Program-made: the position numbers and the translations under genes
Origin: Antedon mediterranea
Lineage: Eukaryota > Animalia > Echinodermata
Assembly (NCBI RefSeq): GCF_964355755.1
Contig: NC_092673.1
Coordinates: forward strand, 9,424,001 to 9,488,000
DNA length: 64,000 nt
Direction: 5' to 3'
The notes under the pieces: model-generated
What the model saw: the letters and a program-made list of their open reading frames with translations, nothing else
What the model was told of the DNA's origin: nothing
Database searches by the model: none
Shown: one piece after another, positions 48,980 through 60,630 of the stretch
How positions within the stretch are numbered: position 1 is the first letter of the stretch
Layout: each line of letters opens with the position of its first letter

Positions 48980-51900
48980 TAGTCCAGTCAATCTAGTGAT
49001 ATTTAGAGGTAAACCCACCACAAATTGCAATAGTAACGAAACATTGATTTTTTCATTCCAAATGTACTTTAGAATGACATATTAAAAGTCACCGAAAATT
49101 GAAGCATTGGAACACATTATTTTTTACGTAATCTCAACAACTATATAGCGATTTTATTCCGTAAATATTTTTGGGGTAGGGGATAACATTTATGCCCATA
49201 ACTTGTGGTTTTATAATCCAATCTCAATAATCTTGATATCAATGTGTAGAATATATATTTCTTTCTAATATGCAATTTAAAAAAAACCAAAATACAACAC
49301 CTATTTATATAACTAGAGGTCAAAAGGTTATTGACCTTTTACAAAAACTCATTTTTTTCCATAAAAAAATGATTAACTGTAATATCGTATGCCATAATTG
49401 TGGATGCATTTAATCAAAATTGTGTTTTTTCTGTACCTATCGATATATAAAATAGGAAACATGATGTTAACTAGAAGAATTTTAAAAGTAATGTACTATT
49501 CTTATTGAAATTGATTCTGATCAAATGTAATGTAAACAATTTTGTGGTAGGGGGTAGCGTTTATGCCTATGCTATAATCCATTGTTTTATAATCATATCT
49601 AAATAGCTTTAGTACCAATGTGTATAGTATATATATCCTACTAATATACATTAAAAAAATAATTAATACAACAGTTATACGTAACTAGAGGTCAAAAGGT
49701 TTGACCTTTTATAAAAACTCAAATTTTTCCTAACAAAATTATTAACTGCAATGTCTTATTCCATAATTGCCGATGCATTTGATGAAACTTGTGTTTAGAG
49801 GTAACATTTATGCCTGCCAATAAAATCTAAATAACTACAAATGTGTATAATATGTATTTCTTACTCTAAAAACTAATTGATACAACAGTTGTTATGTAAC
49901 TATAGAGGTCAGTGACCTTTTACGAAAACTCAAATTTTCTTAAAATAGTGTAAAACTAAATTATGTTTATTTATATATTGGAAGTATTTGGTGCAAATAA
50001 TGTTTTTCCTGTACCTATTGTATCATCATGAAATAGGAAAAATGATGCTAGCTAGTAGAACATTGAAATTCATTAGCGGTATGTACTATTGCTGATTAAT
50101 GAGTCTTGATAATTTGGAATCAACTCATGATTTACTATAGATAGATTTTTTATGATTTTAGTATCAACGAATGTACGTAATGACAAGTATTGGATCTCCC
50201 CAGGGTTGCGTCCTCTCTCCTCTCCTGTATATTATATACACGGGTGACTGTCGCAGCAAACAGGACAATAGTCATCTTGTCAAATTTGCTGACGACACTG
50301 TCTTGCTGTCTCTCCTTAAAAATTCACAGGACGGCCATGGTTCCGCATTAGATGGAAGTCAATGTGACCAAAACCAAGGAGATGATTGTAGATTTTAGGA
50401 AGGAGAAAGAACGCAGCCCTCTGGTATCCCTCATAAATGACGAACCAGCAAAATTGTCCATTCCTTTAAATACCTAGGACAATCTCAGCTGGGAATTAAA
50501 TACAGAGGCAATAGTAAAGAAAGGGCACCAGAGACTTTATCTGTTAAGGAAGCTGAACCATTTTAATGTCGATAAAGTAATTCTCAGGGTTTTTTATAAT
50601 TCCTTTATTGAGAACGTTTTAACTGTTTTACTTTATATGCTGGTTTTTTAGTCTTAGGGTCAAAAAGAAAAACTCACTACAAAGAATTGTTAATTTAAGT
50701 TCTAAATTAATAGGTTGTCAACTTTGTAGATTATCTTCCTTCTGTGACATGCAAACTCTAGAAAAAAATAGAGCTATTCTAAAAAATGTTAACCATTCAG
50801 TGAATAAAATGTTAACCGTTCAGTGATTTCAAGCTCGTGCCTCAGGTGCCTCATGGGCGTCACTTTCGATGCCTGGCATGTAGAACACACCGTAAAAGAA
50901 ATTCTTTTTTGCCAGTTAAATTCTTAAATTCTTGAACTTTGACTCTTGTTATATTGTACTGTGCATTGTGATATTTTTGTATATTTTGTAAGATCATTTT
51001 AATCCAGACCTTTTTATTTGAATTGCCCCGTGTGGGATGATATTGTTTAATCCTTCAAATTGTACAGACACACTAAATCATTTTCTCTAGCAACCACAAT
51101 GTCATCTTTTGTAGCTTGTTTGCATCTGAAGACTACAGCATAATGTCAGAAATAAGTGCAATGACAAGCTTTTTTTAGAGCCACTTGTTTTCCAATTCCG
51201 AAAACTCTGGATGTTTTGTCACCAGTATCGCATGAGCAAACAGAAGGTTATCACAGATGTCTCTCAAAAGTACTGTTTGAACCAGTTTGATAGTTCTAAA
51301 GAATATCACAAGATGTTTTAAATGCTTGACTGCAGAGGAGCACTAGATAGATCCGTGTCATCGGATAATGACAGATGTTTTCCTGTTTGCTGATTCAATG
51401 GTTTTTTGTACTATCCGAAATAACATCTGTATCAGCAGCTGCATTCACTCATTGCCATTTTGTTCAAATACTAATTACGAATATTTATAAATTGTTGTTT
51501 GTTACAGAAAGTGATTCTATTTTGTGGAACATGTCACCGGTAAAATGTACAGGGATACTACCACCTGACCCGCCTTACCATGTGCGCCGTCTTTGGTGGA
51601 TGAGCCACTTTCAAAATCATCAAAGACTATGATTGCAGATCGTATCATAAGTCTCTACACTATTCCATGGAATGCTGTGCAGTAGAGCACTACCATCCAG
51701 AATGTAGGCCTACTGGAGTAACGCCCTGATACTATTGCGAGGCATTACATTCAGCGCAGATTTGGTCTGGATGTACTCATTCCTAAATCTCTTGTCAAAC
51801 CTCTGGTTTTCTTTGAGGCTTCTCATAGAAACTTTTTCAATCACCAGGTCTGTTGACAATCCAGCCCAGATGGTCCGAACGTCATACAACATGGAGGTCA

Positions 51901-52504
51901 TTATCAAACTGCTGTTGAACATCTTTGTATTTCTACTGGTTAAAAAATCGTTAAAATACTTACACATCCCAATATAAATACTGTAACCATGGCAACACAA
52001 ATGCCATCTGGAAAAAATGGAATGTAGATCATCCAGAAGCAACAGGAACAGGAACTCATCTGCATCTTGAGCTGGTCATGTGTATCGCTTTGGACTGAAA
52101 TGTTCACCCCAGGGTATCCCTGTGTGTATACCATTGTTGTTTACAGCGAAAACAACATTTTTAGCCAAAATTGACACATTATGTTGTGTTTTTCCGCAAA
52201 AATGACATGCTGAATAAAATGTTATGACTATAAGTTTGATATCACTGAATAGGAAATTTAATAAGCTTTCGGATGACATAAATCACACTTGTATATAATG
52301 TATTTCAAATGGTTAAATATATGTAATTAATGGAGCATATTAATTTTGACTTAAAATGACCTTATTGACCTCTGACCCCTTGACCCAATGCTTGGAATTC
52401 GGTGACTTTTAGTATGTTGTTCTACACTTTATATGGAATTAAAAAATACTTGCTTTGTTACTATTGCAATTTGTGGTGGGTATATCATTAGATTGACTGG
52501 ACTA
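48980..52504 (-). mobile_element. Academ DNA transposon with a degenerate transposase
   Basis: TIRs TAGTCCAGTCAATCTA / TAGATTGACTGGACTA with TSD AAA. Minus-strand remnants WAGLSTDLVIEK..MRSLK, YILDGSALLHSIPW and ADTDV...DDTDL (about 51340-51900) are typical of Academ transposase and its XPG-like domain. Confidence 0.88.
50173..51050 (+). mobile_element. Rex1/Babar-like LINE RT fragment nested in the Academ element
   Basis: GSPQGCVLSPLLYIIYT, KFADDT, NVTKTKEMIVDFRK and KKGHQRLYLLRKL motifs; 3' AATTGCCCCGTGTGGGAT motif. Confidence 0.8.
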
Positions 52505-52535
52505 AAACTGCAAGTCCGATACAAAATAACATTAA

Positions 52536-53760
52536 AGACCACTTCCCTATGTTTTTTAGATCTAATTTAAGATCACAAACTATATTTAATGTAAAAATAA
52601 TACTATATGGTCCTATTGCGATAACTTTTTTCGTCTTTAAACGGTTAAAAATGTGAAAAATAAGTCGATTCTAGTAATTATAGCGGCCCGCTATAAATCC
52701 CAAAATGCATTGCGCGCGGATTGATAATTTTGTTTTTCTTCTGTAATTCACCCACTTTTCGATCGATCGTGACGCCAAAACAAATGGAAGACTCCTAACT
52801 TTTCAGCGAAAATACCAGGTTTTTCCCAATTTGTATCAATGGAGTCTGGCAAAAATAGAAAGACAATTAAAGCCCCATTCCCTACGTTTTTTTGATCTAA
52901 TTTAAGATCACAAACTATATTTAATGTAAAAATAATACTATATGGTCCTATTGCGATAACTTTTTTCGTCTTTAAACGGTTAAAAATGTGAAAAATAAAT
53001 CGATTCTAATAATTATAGCGGCCCGCTATAAATCCCAAAATGCATTGCGCGCGGATTGATATTTTTGTTTTTCACCTGTAATTCGCCAACTTTTCGATCG
53101 ATCGTGAAGCCAAAACAAATGGAAGACTCCTAACTTTTCAGCGAAAATACCGGGGTTTCCCCAATTTGTATCAACGGAGTCTGGCAAAAATAGAAAGACA
53201 ATAAATGCAGCAACTATACAACGTCAGGCTAGGTATATAGCTAGCGTACGATGTTCGTACGTTATCGATGTTTACCAGCTAGGCCTACAAAACTAAGCCT
53301 AGCTAGGCTAGGCCTAAGACCGTCCACGAGAGGTCGATCGCCGCGAGCTACTTAGGTAGTGCATTGTTTCTCACTTTTTATCATAATTTACCATAAAACG
53401 TACATTTAAGACAAGGAATGACATGGTTTAATGTTTTTAAAGTGATATATATGTATTATTTTCCAAAAAACGTCCAAAATTGCAGGGAAGGGGTCTTTAA
53501 TGCAGCAACTATACACTGTCAGGCTAGGTATATAACTAGCGTACGATGTTTGTACTTTACTGATGTTTACCAGCTAGGCCTACAAAACTAAAGACCGTCC
53601 ACGAGAGGTCATTCGCCAAGAGCTACTTAGGTAGTGCATTGTTTCTCACTTTTTATCATAATTTACCATAAAACAAACATTTAAAACAAGGAATGACCTT
53701 GTTTAATGTTTTTAAAGTAATATATATGTATTATTTTTACAAATTGTAGGGAAGGGGTTT
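52536..53760. mobile_element. Kolobok-type MITE containing a second copy of itself (inner copy 52871-53496)
   Basis: Outer TTAA|AGACCACTTCCCT...AGGGAAGGGGTTT; inner TTAA|AGCCCCATTCCCT...AGGGAAGGGGTCT|TTAA. Confidence 0.85.
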
Positions 53761-53949
53761 ATAACAAAACTAATACTTTTGAAACAGTCGCACACTTCTT
53801 GAATGAAGGTGCGTCCATAGTACAGTAAGTAAAATAAAAATTAGAGAATAAAAAAATTATTTAACAATAGGCCTATTTACAGTACAAGGAAACTTAAAAT
53901 AAATTATGTACAAGATATATCATTTAATCATTTTCATTGTTGATTTTCC

Positions 53950-55440
53950 TTCACTTTTTCCATGCCCGTTTGGTGAAACCTTTACAAAATCTATCGAATG
54001 CACCTTCAATATTTGTAGGAAGATCAAGTACAGGTGAACCAAGAACATACATTAATTTTTGGTTTAGAGTTACATAGGGTACATGACCGTCATTATTGCT
54101 TTTATCTGACCAGCTTGAGCTATGTATGTTTAATGGTAACGTACTAGATCGCAATTTAAATTTTATGCTTGCACTTTTGAAGTCTAATGGCTTGATTTCA
54201 AGTTGTCCATTTATATGTGTCAATTTTGTCGTTAATATCATTTTTAAAACTATGTAAATAGTCTTTTCGTGTACTAGGCCGTTTAATAGGCCTACCTTAT
54301 TCTTTTTAGAGACTGTTCTTATACAATTTAAATTACTTTTTATTATTGGCTAATGGCTAATGACTAAAGTAAATATTTTTCTAGGCAGGGGCTTTCTTTA
54401 ATAATTTTACAGTCTAAAAGAGAAGATTTTAATGCAAGATCACTCCTCCAATCAATACAAGCACATTCTTTAATCTTAGACAACATAAAGCTGGTCAGAT
54501 CTACGGTGGGTTTATCCATCATGTTACATATGTCTTCAAACAAATTATCTAATCCCCATTTAGAAAAAGTAGTATGTAAACAACTTAAAAATTTAAAAAA
54601 CGAAAATCATTCTGATTACAATTAAGTTGAAGCAGAGCATTAAGCAAAACCTTTGGCCAACGATGTGATTCCATGTGTACATTTATTGGGAACCAACCCA
54701 GTTCACCATATAAGGTTGCACGCGGCGTGTTTCTAGACGCCTTAAGAATATAGCCATTTGCAATTGTAATTTTTCTATTTTATCAATATCAACTTTATTT
54801 AACGAACACCAAACAGCTGATTCGTAATTGATTGCAGGTAGACCGATTGTCCTCCATAATATATCTAAAAAAAATACCCTGTTATAAAGTGTTAAAATGA
54901 TTGCAATTGTCAATTAACGATTTGATATAAGCTATATAAGCCCATTTTGTAATTACATTTTGGAACTGTACATTTTCATTAGTTTCCTAGAAATATGGAC
55001 ACCAAGGTATTTGTAAGTCTCTACTTCAACAATAAATCTATCCCATAGCTTCCATTGTTTATGGCTGTTAATTCTTTTCCCAAAAACCAGAATATTGGAT
55101 TTATCTAAGTTAAAATTTAACTTCTATTTTTTTGCAAATAATGTTGCAAGATCAAGCATTTTTGACAATTCATGTTTGCTATCGGCAACTAATACAACAT
55201 CATCTGCCCAGAATAACCCACTTATCAAAGTGTTATTTATTTTGATACCAACATTGTTTGATACTAGCATTTTCTTAAATTCATTTATGAAAATTTTAAA
55301 TAGGATTCGAGAAAGTACACAACCAATTGCTTTACACCCTGTTGAATATTGAAGAATTCTGTGTCCATATCTCCAAATCCTACAGAACTATTATCTTCAT
55401 AAATTTCTTCCAATTTAATAATTTTGTTGAATAGGCTAAG
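53950..55440 (-). mobile_element. Degenerate non-LTR retrotransposon RT and C-terminal fragment
   Basis: Minus strand GLFWADDVVL, KYLGVHIS, YESAVW and KFKLRSSTLPL. Confidence 0.7.
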
Positions 55441-55489
55441 TATATAACTGCATAATTATAATAATTGCAAAATCCATCTTGTTTTTAAT

Positions 55490-57350
55490 GTTTTTTTTTT
55501 CTCTTTTGTGGCGTTAACCACTATTTATTCATTTCATCTTCAACAGATTAATACAATTATTTCTAATAATTTCTTCCGTACGAAACAAATTTACAAACAA
55601 TGAAGTAACCAAGTTTTCTACTGTTATTTTATTTAGATATATATATATTTAAAAAAATCACATTCCCATAAATATAAATTATAACAGGCGGTTAAGGTAA
55701 GATCTTCTGTTTTTTTCCGCCATAAAAATACGAGACAGTGATCCGGTCCATTTGTTTACACTTTTCAAAGTATGTGCCTTGTAAACGCAGAAGCATCCAA
55801 TAGAGAACATGTGGTCCACATATTTGTTTCCTGTACCTAGTACAATGTTTCGATAATTTGCCTCGATCCCAAATTTGTGTATGGTGTAAACGTTAATATA
55901 TTCCCATAAGGGTTTTACTTCGGTGCATTCATAAAAGAAATGGGCATCATCCTCTACGACGTTGCATTGTAGGCAAGTATCTGTGTTGCTTATTTTCCAT
56001 TTTAAGAGCCTTCTTTTGGTAGGTGTTATACAATGCAGTAGTTTGATGTTTAACTGTTTAAGTTTATTATCTTTAATATTTTTAATTTTTCTTTTCCATG
56101 TTAGAGTCCAATCGTTCTCTATGTTAAAATATGTTTCCCACTTTGTTTTACTTTTGGATAGTTCTAGACATTTTTCCTTAATAAAGAAAGAACATATTTG
56201 TTTGCTACTCATGTTCAAACATCGAACGTGTGCCATTCAGCAATCCAGTTTGATTTATACCTAAGCATATCAAGTAATTCATTTGCGTTAATGAACCTAT
56301 TCTCAATTACAATATCCTTAATATTTCGCACACCTGACCTTATCCAGTTTCTAAAAAATAATGACATGTCATTGTATAAAATCATTTTGTTATACCAAAG
56401 TTGTTGATGCAATATATCATCATAACATAATTGACGTTTAGTCATATCACTATTAAGTTTGACTAAAATACATAATATAGATAGAAATCAGGTATGGCTT
56501 TAAAAATAGCATCAATATATGATATGTTTTCAATAATATCTTTTGGGCCTATTCTATTAAAATACGTGTTTGGCAGACATTTCCACTTTGAATCCTCATT
56601 GTTATACAATCTTTTAAGCCAAGATATTTTTAAAGATTTAACCTGTGACCTGAAATCAGGCGCTTTAACACCACCACATTCATATTCGTTTATAAGAACG
56701 ACTCTTTTAACCTTTTCTCTTTTTCCATCCCACAAAAAGTCAAAAATTATGTTATCAACACGTTTTAGAACACTTTCAGGCGTGTCTATAATACTTGCAA
56801 CACAAACAAGTTTAGACAGGCCAAGCATCTTTAAGATAATTATTTTTCCAAAAATGGTCAAATTTCTTTTTCGCCACGATTTAAGCGTGTTTTGTAACGA
56901 ATAGATTTTTCGGACCAATTTTTAGCAAAACAAAATTCTTTGTCATGGCCAATATAAATACCTAAAACTTTAAAACCGTCAGAAATCCAATTAATGTCCA
57001 ATTGGTTGTCCTTTTTCTTCCATTTTCCAAGCCACATGGCATTTGTTTTTTCTTTGTTAAGTCTTAACCCAGACACACTACCAAATTTGATAACAACATC
57101 AATACACTTTTTTATGCTGTTCTCATCTTTCATAAATAAGACCGTGTCGTCTGCAAGTTGTGCAATTTTGACCTCGACAACTGGGTTTGGTAAAAGTATA
57201 CCTTTAATAAGTTTATCCTGTTTTATCTTTAACGCCATAATTTCAGCGACCAAAATGAACAGAAGCGCAGATAAAGGACAACTTATACCTCTAAACATTT
57301 TAAAGCTTTTTGAGCACCATCCATTGTTTTTAATGTTATTGATAATCTGA
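55490..57350 (-). mobile_element. Tx1/L1-clade LINE, 5'-truncated, with frameshifts
   Basis: CPLSALLFILVAE, QLADDT, FGSVSGLRLNKEKT, WRKRNLTIFGK and a C-terminal CLQC..EDDAHFFYEC zinc knuckle; A-rich tail near 55490. Confidence 0.92.
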
Positions 57351-57468
57351 ACTAAAAAAAAATAAATGCAGTATAAAAGTAATTTTATGAACTATTATTT
57401 CTATCATGCAAACAATTTGAGATCTGTTTGATATTCATTTTTCAGTCTGTCAATTGTTTTAAATGTAG

Positions 57469-57730
57469 AAATTCTCATAGGAAAACAAGATGCTGACCAC
57501 CAAACAGATTTATTCATTGAGGCTACAAGGCAACAGTCAGAAATATCTGAGAAATATGAAGGCCAGTTGAATGATATAAAGAAACAATGGGGAGAGGAAA
57601 AGACAGATTTAGAAAAGCAAAGAGATTTGCTGAAAGAAGAGGCACAGCAAATGAAGAAAATGGTAATGGAAAAGGAAGGAAGAATTTATACCTTGGAAGA
57701 TTCTGTTAAACAAATGAAAAAAGATAAAAG
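57469..57730 (+). CDS. Host gene, last exon found (EILIGKQDADHQ...WGEEKTDLEKQRDLLKEEAQQMKK...DK); the gene continues downstream
   Basis: Phase-1 acceptors at 57468 or 57480 (both in frame), AG|GTAAAC donor, coiled-coil composition. Confidence 0.85.
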
Positions 57731-60630
57731 GTAAACCTAATGGCTACTTCATCCTATTGTTTTTTAATCATTTTATTCTTTTAAAGATGTAGTTTCCCCC
57801 AAAACATGAAACTTAAGATTAATTAAATCAGACTTTGAATAGGTTATTTTTTAGTTTTAATACTTACGTAGGGGATAAACCGAAAATTATGTTTTCACTT
57901 ATAAAATGATCAAAAAATGGCCAAAAAAAGTCAACCAAAAACTCATTAGCTGGCAGCCTATTAGACTATTTTTTTGCTTTAAATTACAGTTTTTTCAGGT
58001 AGATACAATTTTTTTGGATCAAAATTTGGTCAAAGTGGATAAATATGTGACATTAAAATGGCATACTCAAAAACAATTTTTTTTTTAAAGAATTATTTTG
58101 AAGAGTTTGTATAATTATTTATTATAAATTAAGATTCAGTTCAGCCTTAATAGAACGGAAAGAAGTTTTGTCCGTAAATATAATGGTAATGAAAAAACTT
58201 GCATTGCAGATGAACTAGATTTAATTAGGTGACCCCAATTTGTTTCACTTAATAATGGAAGCTTAGATATGAATTTATTGTTGTGACATCGTCAAGCGGC
58301 CACTCAAATTTTAAAACTAGGATTTTTTTCTTTTTTGTACTAGAAATCACATTTAATAGAGCACATCTCGCCTTATCTTTTTCCCAGATTTTAACATTTT
58401 CTTGCTCAAACATTTTATTTTTGAATAACGTGGTTACTTAAAATGGATATGAAAGGATTCCTAGCAATATCATTTTATTGGCTCAACTTGTAGATCAATC
58501 AGTTTTAAGCCATAGTCATAATTAATGTTTTGGACGACGACAACGCCCTCAAAACGCCCCTGGGCATTGTGTAAAAATCTTTTTGTGACGTCACTTATAA
58601 CAATTTTTGTATTACAGAGATAGGAATTTTTCAGTAAATCATTGATTGATGCGAAAGCATGGTATTAATTACTTATCTCTTTTATATTTTTATTCTTGGA
58701 AAAGTAAGTTAGCCTAATCGAATAAAATTAATTTATATTATCAACCATATTTTTTTTTAATGGATTTTAATTTAGTTTTTCAAGGCTACCTTACAATTAC
58801 ATCCATCAATATTTTAGGTCAGGTCATATATGTCTTTGTGTCATTTTTATTTGCAAACAGTAACATGTTTGAAGATCGTGAGCATGGCATTGCGGGATAC
58901 CACTTAACACTGAAATCTTAGAGGATAATTTAGATCAAACTCTTACTCTATGAAACCCCTCTGACAAATAATCCATCCAAGAATTTTACCCGAAATTCCA
59001 TATGCTTCCAGTTTAGACACAAGCCTATTAAATGAGGAACACTATCAATCACTTTGCGATAGGCTAAGGACATATGTGTTTTATCCATTTTGGATGACCA
59101 AGATCTTTTACTCTGAAGGCATGTTGAGCTTCGTATAGTAGATTATGTTTCCAAATGTGTCATGATACTATCTTTTAACAAATATTTAAAAAATCTTACA
59201 TACACCTGATATAGGCTTACTGGATGGTAGTTGGTAGCCTTTCTAAAATAATGTGAAAACTATGGCTTTTTTCCATATTGGGTACCAATCTCTCATTTAA
59301 CAATCTCTGAAATATAAAATAAACTTTTTAAGAACGATCTGGGCCTGCAGATTTTGTTCCATCTAATTTACTAAGATTGGAAATTAATGTTTGATTGTTT
59401 CCGAACCAAAATGTGGCAGTAACTGCATATCTTTATGATCGTGATCTTTTGTGATTGTTGATTTTTAAAGGATCACAAAATGATTGCACGTAGAGATAGA
59501 TACATCATTCAATTGATCAATTTTACACCACAGGCGTGATCAGCTACTGTACACCTCTCTCGTCAGGGTGTTACTATAGTATGACAAAATAGATGGAAAT
59601 GCTACTTTTTTCATTCAGCTGGTCATAAAAAGATGTTACAACATACGATATGAACAACATTTTATTTAATACATCTATCTTCAATAACAAATTATAAACA
59701 TGAAGGTTCAATTTTGAGTAGCTGTAACAGGTTCAAATATACGGTATAGGTTAAATTATGTGACCATTTTATTCAAATTTTTAGATAAATATGATCATGG
59801 AGGAAATATGATATGATGATGTCATTGAATGAATAGTGGGAGCCCATGAGAAGGATTATTCATAGTCATAAAACCACCATTTACAATCCATAACCGCCTG
59901 CCAGACAGATACCAATCAAATTCACGAAACATGAACTTCAGGTCAAAGTAAAAAAAACATACACGAACGCAGAAATGTGTGCACAATTGCCCGTAAAAAA
60001 TTTGAAATGCTCAAAATTAATTTCAAATCAAATTAAAGAATTTTGAGTGTATAAAAATTGTCCAATTTTTTCGCATTAACACAAAAGGTCAGTTTTTCCA
60101 CTTGATTTTTGCCCTTCATACCCTACATGATGAATTCCTTTCTTAACAACAAACACATGCATATTAAACTATAAAACTCATGAGCAATTGTTAATAGGCA
60201 ATTTAATGCAAATCTGTGTAGAAACATGCCAGTTTTAAATCTCTTATATATTTCATTAGAATAGAAGGTAACCCCATTTTTAAACTTTATTATGGAAGCC
60301 ATTGAGTTGTGGATATGAGTTTATGTACAATTTCATCATATGGCCACCTGAATTTTAAAAATAGGATTTTCATAAATTATCACATTCAACAAAGCACATC
60401 TTTTATTTTTTATATTTATTTATATACCGGTATCTATACCTGATTTCCTCTCAAATTGTAATGTTCTTGCTCAAATAATTATCTTTCTCATTGATTTGGT
60501 CATTTTCATTCTGCTACTGTTACTAGGTGGCCCAAGTATAAAAATAGTTCACATAGCCCAAGTAATCTGGAGACCATACTTAATATCCCTCCTTTGATTA
60601 TACTTTGAACCATGTCTTGATAAAACCCCA

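Noticed and set aside
55962-57350. Plus-strand ORFs of 69-136 aa
   Set aside because: They are antisense shadows of the Tx1 ORF2.
57780-58560. Additional Kolobok-like element starting TTAAAGATGTAGTTTCCCC
   Set aside because: No convincing right TIR or TSD could be located.
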